The notes under the pieces are model-generated. The model was not told the DNA's origin. It saw only the letters and a program-made list of their open reading frames with translations, and did no database searches. Shown here in pieces: positions 44,856-53,048 of a stretch of 64,000 nt of DNA. The position numbers and the translations under genes are program-made. The DNA is from Cytophagaceae bacterium (lineage in GTDB: Bacteria; Bacteroidota; Bacteroidia; Cytophagales; JAIYAX01): NCBI GenBank assembly GCA_027488815.1, contig JAIYAX010000012.1, positions 531,379 to 595,378 of the forward strand. Reading direction: 5' to 3'. Position 1 is the first letter of the stretch, and every line of letters begins with the position of its first letter.

Positions 44856-45962
44856 TTACTCCCTCACCAGTTTTTGCCATTGCCCCTGATCGCTGAGCAG
44901 CAGATAGTTTCCTGAGGGTTGCTTGCTGAGGTCAATCGTTTCTGTAAGCCTTCCACGTAAGACTTCCTGACCTGCCATATTAAAAATCCTGAAATCGGAA
45001 GGTCTTGAAAGTCGATACATACCATCTGCACTAGGGTTGGGGAATGCCTGCAATTCTGCACTAATCGTTGCTTCCTGGGCTAGCCCCTGTACGATGGAAG
45101 CCGTTGTCTGAAATTGGGAGTTGAGAATGGTTCCCGCACTATCGAGGGTATGTGCCAGAATGGGGTACTTACGACCATTGGTGTAGTAACTGATCGTTCT
45201 GGTATCAAATGATGTGCTGGGGATGATACCTGCAGGCAGGGGGATCCATATCCAGCGAGGTAGGAGATTAAATGGAAAATTGGGAGCCCATAGCGGGTTT
45301 TGAATTCTGAGCTCAATATTGGGGGTGATGGTTTGCAAATTGGATTGCCTGAGCGCCGGAAGGTTGATGTTTCCCGGCATCTGAAGTGTTCCCCAGCCAT
45401 TGATGCTGTCTACTACACTGATCGCCAAGCTAATTCTAATGCTATCAACATAGAAAGAAGTGGCGGTGTCTATGGCGATAGTATCTTGAACCGCAAATCG
45501 AATCGCCGAGTTGGACGTTGAAGTAAAATTGGTGCCAAATGTGGACGGGAACCCGATAAACTTCAGGGGAGGATTAACGGGGATTGCATCTGAACCAAAA
45601 AGGGTGTCAAAGTCAATGGTGAGTCCTTGGATGAAAAGCCCTGATGTTGATTTATTGAAATAGAAAAACTGGGCACCATCTTTCGAGACCAGATTGGCAT
45701 TTGGGAAGGATGCTCCTGAAGGTGCCGCAGCCGGTGAAATGTAGAAAATGGTGTCCTGGAGAATGCCTGATAGGTTTTGAAAATTCCAGGTGAGGTTAAT
45801 ACCGGGGTTTCCAACGGTAGTGCTGCCCGCAAAGGTGGTGTCATTTCTGACAAACACCATATCCCCTACACTGCCCACGTCAGCACTTGTAAGGGTGATT
45901 TGAGCAAAAAGGTTCGTGGAGACAAATAAGCTCAGGGCTAAAAAAAGAGATCGTGTTTTCAT
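44856..45962 (-). CDS. Secreted hypothetical protein with T9SS C-terminal sorting domain
   Basis: It has a signal peptide (MKTRSLFLALSLFVSTNLFAQ). The C-terminal LQAFPNPSADGMYRL...GNYLLLSDQGQWQKLVRE fits the T9SS CTD pattern. Confidence 0.7.
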   Translation of the reverse strand: MKTRSLFLALSLFVSTNLFAQITLTSADVGSVGDMVFVRNDTTFAGSTTVGNPGINLTWNFQNLSGILQDTIFYISPAAAPSGASFPNANLVSKDGAQFFYFNKSTSGLFIQGLTIDFDTLFGSDAIPVNPPLKFIGFPSTFGTNFTSTSNSAIRFAVQDTIAIDTATSFYVDSIRISLAISVVDSINGWGTLQMPGNINLPALRQSNLQTITPNIELRIQNPLWAPNFPFNLLPRWIWIPLPAGIIPSTSFDTRTISYYTNGRKYPILAHTLDSAGTILNSQFQTTASIVQGLAQEATISAELQAFPNPSADGMYRLSRPSDFRIFNMAGQEVLRGRLTETIDLSKQPSGNYLLLSDQGQWQKLVRE

Positions 45963-46019
45963 GATCGTTGGCGTGTGCCTTTGTATATCTTTGAAAGGTA
46001 AAACAGGTAAACAAAAGTA

Positions 46020-46793
46020 ATGAATTTTATTCTTCTACATGACCAGGTAGCCCCTTATGTGGCTCATATTCAATTAAACAGGCCCAAAGAGCTTAATGCG
46101 CTCAATTTAGAGCTTATGGCAGAAGTTAGGGATACATTAAAAGAGCTTGACCAAAAGGATGATATCAGAGTAGTCGTGATCAGTGGCAACGAAAAGGCCT
46201 TTGCTGCAGGGGCTGACATCAAACAGATGGCAGACAAAACCGCTGTTGACATGTTTTTAATTGATCAGTTCAGCACATGGGATCAGATTCGCAAGTTTCG
46301 GAAACCGCTCATTGCAGCCGTTTCAGGATTTGCACTTGGAGGAGGATGTGAAATGGCCATGACCTGTGATATCATCATTGCATCAGAAACAGCCAAATTC
46401 GGGCAGCCTGAAATCAAAATAGGAGTTATGCCCGGTGCGGGTGGTACCCAGCGACTTACCAAAGCGATTGGAAAATCAAGAGCTATGGAATTGGTACTTA
46501 CAGGTGATTTTATTGATGCTCAGGAGGCACTCATGCGTGGCCTGGTGAGCAGGGTAGTGCCTGAAGAACTATTCCTAGAAGAGGCGATTAAGCTGGCATC
46601 CAGGATTGCCGCAATGTCTCCGGTAGCTACTCGGCTGGCAAAAGAAGCCGTAAACCGTTCTTTTGAAACCCAATTGGATGAAGGCCTTCACTTTGAGCGC
46701 AAAAACTTTTACCTGGCCTTTGCTTCTGAAGACCAAAAAGAGGGAATGAAGGCATTCGTCGAAAAACGAAATCCGGATTTTAAAGGCAGGTAA
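46020..46793 (+). CDS. Enoyl-CoA hydratase/isomerase (crotonase) family protein
   Basis: It has the crotonase motifs FAAGADIK, GFALGGGCEMAM and PEIKIGVMPGAGGTQRL. Confidence 0.9.
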   Translation: MNFILLHDQVAPYVAHIQLNRPKELNALNLELMAEVRDTLKELDQKDDIRVVVISGNEKAFAAGADIKQMADKTAVDMFLIDQFSTWDQIRKFRKPLIAAVSGFALGGGCEMAMTCDIIIASETAKFGQPEIKIGVMPGAGGTQRLTKAIGKSRAMELVLTGDFIDAQEALMRGLVSRVVPEELFLEEAIKLASRIAAMSPVATRLAKEAVNRSFETQLDEGLHFERKNFYLAFASEDQKEGMKAFVEKRNPDFKGR

Positions 46794-46802
46794 TTACTTA
46801 CT

Positions 46803-47258
46803 TCAGGAGAGCTTTTCCTCTTCCAACCTGATCGAGACGGAATTGATGCAGTACCGCAGGCCAGATGGAGGCGGACCATCTTGAAACACATGGCCTAAAT
46901 GAGCTTTGCATACATTGCACAAGACCTCTACCCGGATCATCCCATGTGAAGTGTCTTTGACGTATTGAATAGCTTGCGCATGCGCAGGTTGGGTAAAGCT
47001 GGGCCATCCACTACTACTTTCAAACTTTTCAGTTGAGTCAAAAAGCAATTCATCACAACAAATACAGCGATACCTACCGGGGCTGTGCGCATGGCAAAGT
47101 TCTCCGCTGAAAGGTCGCTCGGTTCCTTTTTGACGGGTGATATAATATTGTTCCGCAGTGAGTAATCTTTTCCATTCCTCCTCAGTATGGTTGATTTCAC
47201 GGGTCGGCTTAAGATTGCCTTTTGTGGCTAGCTGAATGACATCGTTCCAGGTAAGCAT
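46803..47258 (-). CDS. msrB: Peptide-methionine (R)-S-oxide reductase
   Basis: It has SelR motifs: the zinc CxxC pairs (CICCDELLF, CNVCKAHLGHVF), GWPSF and RYCINS. Confidence 0.92.
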   Translation of the reverse strand: MLTWNDVIQLATKGNLKPTREINHTEEEWKRLLTAEQYYITRQKGTERPFSGELCHAHSPGRYRCICCDELLFDSTEKFESSSGWPSFTQPAHAQAIQYVKDTSHGMIRVEVLCNVCKAHLGHVFQDGPPPSGLRYCINSVSIRLEEEKLS

Positions 47259-47261
47259 GTT

Positions 47262-47738
47262 TTACTGGTGTTGAATTGACCCTGACGAAGGCACCCCAAT
47301 TTGCTGAAGCATCTCTTTGATATGGTTTCGTGCCCCAAACAGGCTTTCATAAACAGCTTTGATGCGATGCTCAGAGTCAAGCAGGTAAGTTACACGATTA
47401 GGAATACCCACCAAAGGAAGCATGGCTTTGTAAGCCCGAATGGTATCGCCTTTTTGATCACTTAACAAATGGAATGGCAGCTTATGTTCCGCCCTAAATC
47501 GATGATGACTCTCCATTCCATCTCTGCTGATGCCGTAAACAGGTATGGACAGCCCTTCAAAAACCGGCCAGTGATCTCGAAAATCGCAGCTTTCTGCTGT
47601 GCACCCTTGAGTGAAATCTTTGGGGTAGAAATAAAGAATGCAGGACTTCCCGGCCAATTGTTTCGAAAGCTGCAAAGAACTGCCTTCTGTGCTTGGCAAA
47701 GTGAAGTCCGGTGCCTGATCACCTATGTTTAAGGGCAT
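47262..47738 (-). CDS. bcp: Thioredoxin-dependent peroxiredoxin (Bcp/PrxQ type)
   Basis: The segment YFYPKDFTQGCTAESC carries the peroxidatic and resolving Cys five residues apart (CxxxxC). Confidence 0.88.
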   Translation of the reverse strand: MPLNIGDQAPDFTLPSTEGSSLQLSKQLAGKSCILYFYPKDFTQGCTAESCDFRDHWPVFEGLSIPVYGISRDGMESHHRFRAEHKLPFHLLSDQKGDTIRAYKAMLPLVGIPNRVTYLLDSEHRIKAVYESLFGARNHIKEMLQQIGVPSSGSIQHQ

Positions 47739-47781
47739 AATGAAATATTGAGGGCTTAAATATACCTTGCATATCCCTTAC

Positions 47782-49350
47782 ATGACCTACATGTCCAGAA
47801 GTTTTTGGTTTACATTTCTAGGTGCCTTTGGCGTGTTTTTGCTCCTTTCAAGTTTGATTATTTACAAAGCGAGCAAAATCAACGGCGGGCTTTGGGTGTA
47901 TCCACTTGATGATACCTATATCCACATGTCTATAGCCAAAAACTTTGCTCAACATGGCATTTGGGGCATGACTTCGCATGGCTTTACCAATACTTCCAGT
48001 GGCCCGTTGTTCACGATAGTATTGTCTCTTTTTTATGGTTTTTGGGGTGTTTCCGACTATTGGCCATTGGTGCTTAACCTGTTGGCAGGACTGGCTTGCT
48101 GTCTCTTGCTCTCCTGGCAGGTGCAGCAATTTAAGTTGCCTATGTTAGGAGCTTGTGTGTCAGCGATGGCTGTAGTGCTGTTGATTCCGATGGCAGGTAT
48201 GGCGGTGATGGGTATGGAACATGCCTGGCATTGTGTATGGGCTTTGGCCTTTGTCTGGTCATTCAGGAATTTGATCTTTGAGAAGAAGAGCTTTTTGCTC
48301 ACTTTACTATTGGCTATACTAGGTCCTGCCATACGATACGAGAGTTTGTTTTTAGTGGCAGCAGCTTGCCTGATGTTGCTTCTGAACAAATCATGGTGGC
48401 AAGCGATCGTTCTGGGGCTCTTGGCCTGGCTGTTTCCTGTACTTTTTGGGCTTTATTCCATTAGCCTTGGCTGGAATTTTCTGCCTAATTCCATTTTGAT
48501 GAAAATAGGAACAATCGAACCTTTATCACTTTGGCCATTTGGCAAGTCTCCAATGGTGAGCATCTGGAAACTCTATGGAATCCCTGAAGCATTTCCCTTG
48601 TTATTTCTGATCGGGCTGGGTCTCTACTTCAGTTCCAGAAAAGCAGATCGGCTTTGGCTGTTTTTTCCCATCGCTGCAATGATGCTTCATTTACACTTTG
48701 CCAATGTAGGTACGGCCTACCGATACGAGTCTTATCTTTTTGTGCTTCTATCAATACCGGCACTGGAGGTGTTTTCCCGATATCATCAGCAATGGTTGAA
48801 TGTGCTGAAATCAAAATGGTTGCTCCTGTTGGTGCCTTTAGCTTTGTTTTTGAGCCCTATATTATCAAGAATGGTGAAAGGACATACCATTCAAATCAAA
48901 TCCAGCAATAACATCTTCAGTCAGCAAATCCAGATGACCAGATTTGCAGAAACGTATTACAAGGGAAGTTCGATTGTGTTGAACGATATCGGAGCAGTAT
49001 CTTATTACACCGACCCAATACTTACCGATCTGGTAGGCTTGGCAGATGTTGAAGTATCACGGCTGGTGAAATCAGGACAGAATCAGGACAGCAAATGGAC
49101 AGAGTATATCACTGCATCCAGAAAACCTGATTTAATCATGATATACGATAGCTGGTTTTACAATCAAATACCCGAAAGTTGGGTTAAAGTAGCAGAACAC
49201 AGACTTGAACGGAACTTCATCTGCGGGGATGATGAGGTTAGTTTTTATGCAACAGATGGGATTAAAGCGGCCAAACTTAGGGCTCAACTAATGGCTTTTC
49301 AGCCAAAGCTTGAAGGTGCCGGGCAAATCATCTTTGTTTATCCCAACTAG
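47782..49350 (+). CDS. Polytopic inner-membrane protein with a C-terminal soluble domain; possibly a GT-C-fold glycosyltransferase
   Basis: It has at least 10 hydrophobic helices. A first-loop acidic motif YPLDDTYIHMSIAKNF resembles the DD/DxD loop motif of GT-C enzymes, and this assignment is tentative. The start is the ATG at 47782 or 47791, and the TTG at 47767 is also possible. Confidence 0.6.
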   Translation: MTYMSRSFWFTFLGAFGVFLLLSSLIIYKASKINGGLWVYPLDDTYIHMSIAKNFAQHGIWGMTSHGFTNTSSGPLFTIVLSLFYGFWGVSDYWPLVLNLLAGLACCLLLSWQVQQFKLPMLGACVSAMAVVLLIPMAGMAVMGMEHAWHCVWALAFVWSFRNLIFEKKSFLLTLLLAILGPAIRYESLFLVAAACLMLLLNKSWWQAIVLGLLAWLFPVLFGLYSISLGWNFLPNSILMKIGTIEPLSLWPFGKSPMVSIWKLYGIPEAFPLLFLIGLGLYFSSRKADRLWLFFPIAAMMLHLHFANVGTAYRYESYLFVLLSIPALEVFSRYHQQWLNVLKSKWLLLLVPLALFLSPILSRMVKGHTIQIKSSNNIFSQQIQMTRFAETYYKGSSIVLNDIGAVSYYTDPILTDLVGLADVEVSRLVKSGQNQDSKWTEYITASRKPDLIMIYDSWFYNQIPESWVKVAEHRLERNFICGDDEVSFYATDGIKAAKLRAQLMAFQPKLEGAGQIIFVYPN

Positions 49351-49398
49351 CAGGATATTTTTTTTTCTTCATAGGCTTGAAAACTGAAGGGGAATAGT

Positions 49399-49436
49399 TA
49401 CTTTTGCGTAAGAATTATTAAGTGATAATTATTACG
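49399..49436 (+). promoter_or_regulatory. Candidate promoter (-7 box tacttttg) followed by an inverted-repeat, Fur-box-like operator
   Basis: A TAnnTTTG box lies at 49399-49406. It is followed by the arms cgtaagaatt (49407-49416) and aattattacg (49427-49436), which match 9/10 as an inverted repeat with a 10-nt spacer. The spacer/arm junction contains the Fur-box hexamer gataat (49424-49429). The site lies just upstream of the Fur-family gene. Confidence 0.4.
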
Positions 49437-49441
49437 AACTA

Positions 49442-49876
49442 ATGCTTCACCTGCGTGATCAACTACAGTCCAAAGGATTAAAAGCTACCCATCAGCGTTT
49501 GGTCATTTATCAGGCTGCTTTGAATTGTGAGGTTCATCCCTCTGCAGAGTGGGTGTATGAAGCACTCAAGCAAGACCACCCTTCCCTTTCCTTAGGCACG
49601 GTGTACAAAACTCTTGCTTCCCTGGAAGAAGTAGGGCTGCTTCGTAAAATGGAAACAACCGATGGTCAACTTCGCTACGATGCCAAAACGCATGACCACC
49701 ATCATATCTTTTGTGCGAACACCGGAGAAATCATGGATTTTGAAGATGAGGAACTGAATGAGGTGATCAAAACTTTCCTGGCAAAGAAGCACATCAACAA
49801 TTTATCCATTCGTTCTGTTAGTCTGCACATTACAGGCTGGAAAGAAGATCCTTTGAAACAAATTGAAGTCAAATAA
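49442..49876 (+). CDS. Fur-family transcriptional regulator (PerR-like by context)
   Basis: It has the winged-helix N-terminus (KATHQRLVIYQAL) and the metal-site motif HDHHHIFC. It lies immediately upstream of ahpC. Confidence 0.8.
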   Translation: MLHLRDQLQSKGLKATHQRLVIYQAALNCEVHPSAEWVYEALKQDHPSLSLGTVYKTLASLEEVGLLRKMETTDGQLRYDAKTHDHHHIFCANTGEIMDFEDEELNEVIKTFLAKKHINNLSIRSVSLHITGWKEDPLKQIEVK

Positions 49877-49905
49877 AGATAATCAATAAAACCCCTGAAC
49901 ATTTT

Positions 49906-50535
49906 ATGTCACTCGTTGGAAAAAAAGCCCCCTTGTTTAATGCACCTGCTGTCATCAATGGAGAAGAGATCGTTGAGAACTTCTCATTGGAACAGTTTAT
50001 CGGGAAAAAAGAAGTTGTTTTCTTTTTCTACCCTAAGGATTTCACTTTTGTGTGTCCTACTGAGATACTTGCCTTCCAAAGCAAGCTTGCTGAGTTTGAA
50101 AAGCGCAATGTAGCCGTAGTAGGCTGCTCTACCGATACGGAGGAAACCCACCTGGCCTGGTTGATGACTGCCAAAGACAAAGGAGGAATCGAGGGTGTTA
50201 CTTACCCTATTGTTGCTGATACTTCCAAAACCATCGCCACAAATTTTGGTGTGCTGGGCGGAGATTACAGCTATGACGAAGAAGGAAATCTGGAGTTCAA
50301 TGGTGCCCCTATTGCTTTCAGAGGTACTTTTTTGATCGATAAAGAAGGTGTTGTACGTCACGAAGTAGTGAATTTCTTCCCTATTGGTCGTAGCATTGAT
50401 GAAGAGCTACGTACTGTGGATGCATGGCAGTATGTACAGAAATATGGAGAAGTTTGCCCGGCGGACTGGGAAGCAGGACAGGATGCGATGAAGGCGACTC
50501 GTGAAGGTGTAGCTGAGTATCTTTCCAAGCATTAA
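49906..50535 (+). CDS. ahpC: Typical 2-Cys peroxiredoxin / alkyl hydroperoxide reductase subunit C
   Basis: It has the peroxidatic motif FFFYPKDFTFVCPTE and the resolving Cys in GEVCPADW. Confidence 0.92.
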   Translation: MSLVGKKAPLFNAPAVINGEEIVENFSLEQFIGKKEVVFFFYPKDFTFVCPTEILAFQSKLAEFEKRNVAVVGCSTDTEETHLAWLMTAKDKGGIEGVTYPIVADTSKTIATNFGVLGGDYSYDEEGNLEFNGAPIAFRGTFLIDKEGVVRHEVVNFFPIGRSIDEELRTVDAWQYVQKYGEVCPADWEAGQDAMKATREGVAEYLSKH

Positions 50536-50557
50536 CTCGAAGATTATTTAAGGATGT

Positions 50558-50593
50558 GTTGCGCCGGCCCGGAGGGCCGGCGCAACTATTTTA
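50558..50593 (+). terminator. Rho-independent terminator after ahpC
   Basis: A 12-bp stem gttgcgccggcc / ggccggcgcaac (50558-50569 / 50575-50586) with a cggag loop is followed by tatttta. Confidence 0.8.
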
Positions 50594-50797
50594 CTCCCAC
50601 CCAACCCTGTTTCGAATTCCTGTTTTGGAAGCTTAAACCAGTTGAACTGTCCTTTTTTTACATTACCTCACCATAGCCTTCCATTTTCCACAAGCTGAAT
50701 TCAAGATCCAGCCGTCAAGTCAACTGCGGAACATGTCGAAAATAGCTATACAAAGGCTACTTCTGTTCGATTATTTAGGTTTATTTGAGCCTGGTTC

Positions 50798-52033
50798 ATG
50801 ATCCTTTTTCAAAAACTTTTATACCACATCGCAGTCTGTTTCATCTGGCTGGGCCTGGCCTTTGCTTCTTTGTTCAATAAGAAAGCAAGACTCTTGTTCA
50901 GAGGAAGTGCCCGAGCCATGGCGCAGCTTTCCAATTGGAGATTGACACATCCCAACATCCCGGTAGTTTGGTTTCACGCTGCATCATTAGGTGAGTTCGA
51001 GCAAGCACGGCCGGTGATCGAAGCTTACAAAGCGGCCTTCCCTCAATGGAAAGTAGTGCTTACTTTTTTCTCGCCCAGTGGTTATGAAATTCGGAAAAAT
51101 ACACCGGTAGCTGACCTGATCAGCTATCTGCCCCCTGACTTGCCATGGATTACCCAGGCCTACCATCGAGAAATGAAAGCGCAAGTGGTGTTTTTTGTGA
51201 AGTATGACTTTTGGATAAATCACCTGGCCTCTGCCAAAGCCAATGGGGCTAAGCTGTATTGCCTTTCAGCCACTTTTCATCCTTCACATGTTTATTTTCG
51301 TCCCTGGGCATTGGTTTACAAGAGAATGTTAATGGATTTTGATTTGCTCATGCTTCAAAATCAGGCCTCATCCGATGTGCTGTCAAAGGCAGGTCTGAGC
51401 AATTATCACATCACCGGTGACACCCGATTTGACCGGGTGGCCATGTTGCCAGTCTCAGTAGCTCCACTGCCTGAACTGGCGACATGGACAAAGGAACAAC
51501 CCACCTTGGTAGTAGGCAGTAGCTGGCCTCAGGATATTGACGCATTGCAGCTTGTGTTTGAGGATTCTACTCTTTTCTCCCGGATCATTATTGCCCCCCA
51601 CGATGTAAGCGAGGCTTCCATTCATCAGTTGATCACTCAACTGAAAGGGAATAAGTACACACTGTTCAGCCGGTTTTCGACCGATTCAAGAATCTGCATC
51701 ATCGACAGCATAGGTAAGCTCAATTCAGCTTATGCCTATGCATCAGTTGCTTATGTGGGCGGAGCCTTTAAACAGGGATTGCATAATATTCTTGAGCCTG
51801 CAGCCTTTTCGAAGCCGGTGCTATTTGGCCCCCTTATCGACAAATACCCGGAAGCAATGGAAATGATAAAAGCTGGAGCAGCAAAGATCGTTTCCGACCC
51901 GAAGGATTGCTTGGAGTCGATGAAATTGATGTTAGCTGACGCTGGTTATGGCAAGCGTGCAGGTACGTTTATTTCGGAACAAACAGGGGCAACAGAGAAA
52001 GTGATGCAGCTTTTGAGCAATTCTGCCAGATGA
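50798..52033 (+). CDS. waaA: 3-deoxy-D-manno-octulosonic acid (Kdo) transferase
   Basis: It has an N-terminal membrane helix, the segment WFHAASLGEFEQARPVIEA, and a C-terminal GGAFKQGLHNILEPA motif typical of WaaA/KdtA. Confidence 0.88.
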   Translation: MILFQKLLYHIAVCFIWLGLAFASLFNKKARLLFRGSARAMAQLSNWRLTHPNIPVVWFHAASLGEFEQARPVIEAYKAAFPQWKVVLTFFSPSGYEIRKNTPVADLISYLPPDLPWITQAYHREMKAQVVFFVKYDFWINHLASAKANGAKLYCLSATFHPSHVYFRPWALVYKRMLMDFDLLMLQNQASSDVLSKAGLSNYHITGDTRFDRVAMLPVSVAPLPELATWTKEQPTLVVGSSWPQDIDALQLVFEDSTLFSRIIIAPHDVSEASIHQLITQLKGNKYTLFSRFSTDSRICIIDSIGKLNSAYAYASVAYVGGAFKQGLHNILEPAAFSKPVLFGPLIDKYPEAMEMIKAGAAKIVSDPKDCLESMKLMLADAGYGKRAGTFISEQTGATEKVMQLLSNSAR

Positions 52034-52944
52034 AAGGTCTGGTCGTAAGAAGCACGGGCTCATGGTATGACGTCAATACGGATGAGGGGCAGATCAAAGC
52101 AAGACTTAAAGGCAAACTGAGACTTAGCATTAAAGACGTTAACAATCCTGTGGCTGTAGGGGACTGGGTTCAATTGGCACAGGGTGACTCAAAAGAGTGG
52201 CTTATCACAGAAGTTGTGCCCCGAACCAATTACCTGGTGCGCAAGTCAACGCATCGCTCAGCACAAGCACACCTTATTGCAAGCAACCTGGATCAATGTC
52301 TTTTATTGGCAACATTGGTCTATCCACGCACATCTCTGGGATTCATTGACCGGTTTCTTGTTTCTGTTGAAACGTTTCGGATTCCGACCATGCTCGTGAT
52401 CAATAAAGTCGATCTGCTGGATGAGGAAGGATTGGCCTATTTACAGCATGTCAAATCCATCTATGAAAGCATTGGGTATCCTACAGCGGAAGTGTCTGCC
52501 CTTCAGGGGATCGAATTAGGAAAGGTGAAAGAATTCTTAAAAGGAAAGATAACCCTTATTTCCGGCCATTCAGGAGTAGGCAAAAGTTCCCTGATCAATG
52601 CAATAGCTCCCGATCTAAGATTACGGACTGGAGAGGTATCTAATTTTGCCCAGAAAGGTATTCACACCACCACTTTCGCAGAGATGTTCGACCTTGGAGA
52701 GGGTACCCGAATAATCGACACACCGGGTATCAAGGAGCTTGGCCTGATGGAAGTAGGAGAAGAGGAGCTTTCACATTACTTTCCTGAAATGCGCATGTTT
52801 CTCAACCAATGCAAGTTTCACAACTGCCGTCACCTCAATGAACCCGACTGCAGGATACAAACAGCCGTTGACAAGGGAGAAATAGCCCCAGAGCGTTACA
52901 ACAGCTATCTGAGCATGATAGCCGGAGAAGACAACCGAAAATAG
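52030..52944 (+). CDS. rsgA: Ribosome small subunit-dependent GTPase A
   Basis: It has an OB-fold N-terminus, circularly permuted GTPase motifs (VINKVDL ... GHSGVGKSSLINAI ... DTPG) and a zinc knuckle CKFHNCRHLNEPDC. Its ATG overlaps the waaA stop (ATGA). Confidence 0.93.
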   Translation: MKGLVVRSTGSWYDVNTDEGQIKARLKGKLRLSIKDVNNPVAVGDWVQLAQGDSKEWLITEVVPRTNYLVRKSTHRSAQAHLIASNLDQCLLLATLVYPRTSLGFIDRFLVSVETFRIPTMLVINKVDLLDEEGLAYLQHVKSIYESIGYPTAEVSALQGIELGKVKEFLKGKITLISGHSGVGKSSLINAIAPDLRLRTGEVSNFAQKGIHTTTFAEMFDLGEGTRIIDTPGIKELGLMEVGEEELSHYFPEMRMFLNQCKFHNCRHLNEPDCRIQTAVDKGEIAPERYNSYLSMIAGEDNRK

Positions 52945-53048
52945 TTTACCATTTGTTCACAAGCAGGGCTAAAGATTAACCTAAACTTAAAACTAGGGAC
53001 TCAGACGCATTTTGTAGTAGAGCTTTATTTGTACTGCAAACAAAACGT

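Noticed and set aside
50733-50801. A 22-codon upstream ORF (MSKIAIQRLLLFDYLGLFEPGS) whose TGA overlaps the waaA ATG (ATGA)
   Set aside because: It is too short to evaluate without conservation data and such an arrangement arises easily by chance. It would need comparative or ribosome-profiling support.
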